From Bacilli bacterium (GTDB lineage Bacteria > Bacillota_I > Bacilli_A > RFN20 > CAG-826): DNA of 64,000 nt. Below, piece after piece: positions 63,434 to 64,000 of the stretch. Every line of letters starts with the position of its first letter. The first letter of the stretch is position 1. The stretch covers positions 16,116-80,115 of the forward strand of contig JAZQOV010000006.1 in NCBI GenBank assembly GCA_045628045.1, read 5' to 3'. The notes beneath the pieces were generated by a model. It saw only the letters and a list, made by a program, of their open reading frames with translations. It was not told the origin of the DNA and ran no database searches. The position numbers were made by a program, and so were the translations under genes.

Positions 63434-64000
63434 CTATTTTACTTTTTCAATAATTCTTAACTTTGCAGATTTGCTTCTCGGATTATTTTCTAACTCAGAA
63501 TCGCTCGCTGTAATAACTTTGTTATTAACTAGTATAAAATCTGGATTATCTTTTTCGCTTGGAAGGGTGAATACGTTATGCCTTGTGCCCTCAACTTTTG
63601 AAACTTCATTAAATGCATTTTTAACCATTCTATCTTCAAGTGAATGGAAGGTAATAAAACATGCTCTACCACCAATTTTTAATGAACTTAGCGCATCCTT
63701 TAAGGCATCACTTAATGCTCCAAGTTCATCATTAACTTCAATACGAATTGCTTGGAAGATCTGCTTTGCAGGATGACCTTTTTTTATTAATTCTTTTTGA
63801 GGTTTACAAGATTTTATTATTTCCACTAATTCAGTTGTAGTTTCGATAGGTTTACTCTCACGCTCTTTAACAATTTTTAAAGCTATTTGATAAGAATATT
63901 TTTCCTCTCCATACTCCCTAAATATTCTTGTTAAGTCATTAAGAGAATAACTGTTAATTACTTCATATGCGGATAAAGATTGGCGTTTATCCATGCGCAT
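63434..64000 (-). CDS. rsmH: 16S rRNA (cytosine1402-N4)-methyltransferase RsmH; C-terminal part only, 5' end lies outside the window
   Basis: HPAKQIFQAIRIEVNDELG...ITFHSLEDRMVKNAF...SAKLRI matches the conserved RsmH/MraW C-terminal half. Confidence 0.9.
   Translation of the reverse strand: MRMDKRQSLSAYEVINSYSLNDLTRIFREYGEEKYSYQIALKIVKERESKPIETTTELVEIIKSCKPQKELIKKGHPAKQIFQAIRIEVNDELGALSDALKDALSSLKIGGRACFITFHSLEDRMVKNAFNEVSKVEGTRHNVFTLPSEKDNPDFILVNNKVITASDSELENNPRSKSAKLRIIEKVK

Noticed and set aside
63396-63776. 126-aa plus-strand ORF
   Set aside because: It is antisense to the conserved rsmH coding region. This is a typical shadow ORF in AT-rich DNA. The same applies to the nested ORFs at 35279-35644, 15039-15371, 28449-28655, 19623-19880 and similar entries in the track.

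Overview
This is an AT-rich bacterial chromosome segment: spot-checked 60-nt lines give about 25-30% G+C in the backbone and about 45% in part of an accessory block. Coding is almost entirely on the minus strand and uses the standard code (TGA is a stop, Trp is TGG). Several features point to a wall-less or wall-reduced anaerobic Mollicutes-like organism of the Acholeplasma/Anaeroplasma type, but this is inference only. They are rsmH followed directly by ftsA-ftsZ with no mur/pbp/ftsW genes, many lipobox lipoproteins, a rubrerythrin, a NuoE/HndA-like subunit and an Fe-ADH. Layout: 0-18.6 kb holds mixed housekeeping and surface genes (GT4-acyltransferase fusion, tRNA-Phe/Asp, rubrerythrin, MgtC, MATE, Sfp-type PPTase, C11 peptidase lipoprotein, vat-like acetyltransferase next to tRNA-Thr, rimO, endonuclease I, Fe-ADH). 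18.6-37.6 kb is one large proteolysis and peptide-uptake locus: an S8 cell-envelope protease, a giant OppA, lipoproteins and oppBCDF. 37.7-39.6 kb holds a permease operon. 39.6-50.4 kb is a mosaic accessory block abutting the 3' end of tRNA-Arg. It carries GNATs, a kinase, a SnoaL-like gene, a DUF2975/YozG/C39-like operon, an ABC-2 exporter with LytTR and DUF3021, an XRE-TM gene, a Fic gene, and recurrent intergenic repeat elements. 50.6-64 kb holds a PIN toxin-antitoxin pair, uvrC, mutS2, rnhC, rluD, lspA, T-box-controlled ileS, ftsZ, ftsA and rsmH. The most unusual item is an OppF ATPase whose nucleotide-binding domain is interrupted by three exact-period 279-aa repeats, each with four predicted TM helices. 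OppD and OppC carry large insertions too. No CRISPR array, rRNA, transposase or integrase was seen.
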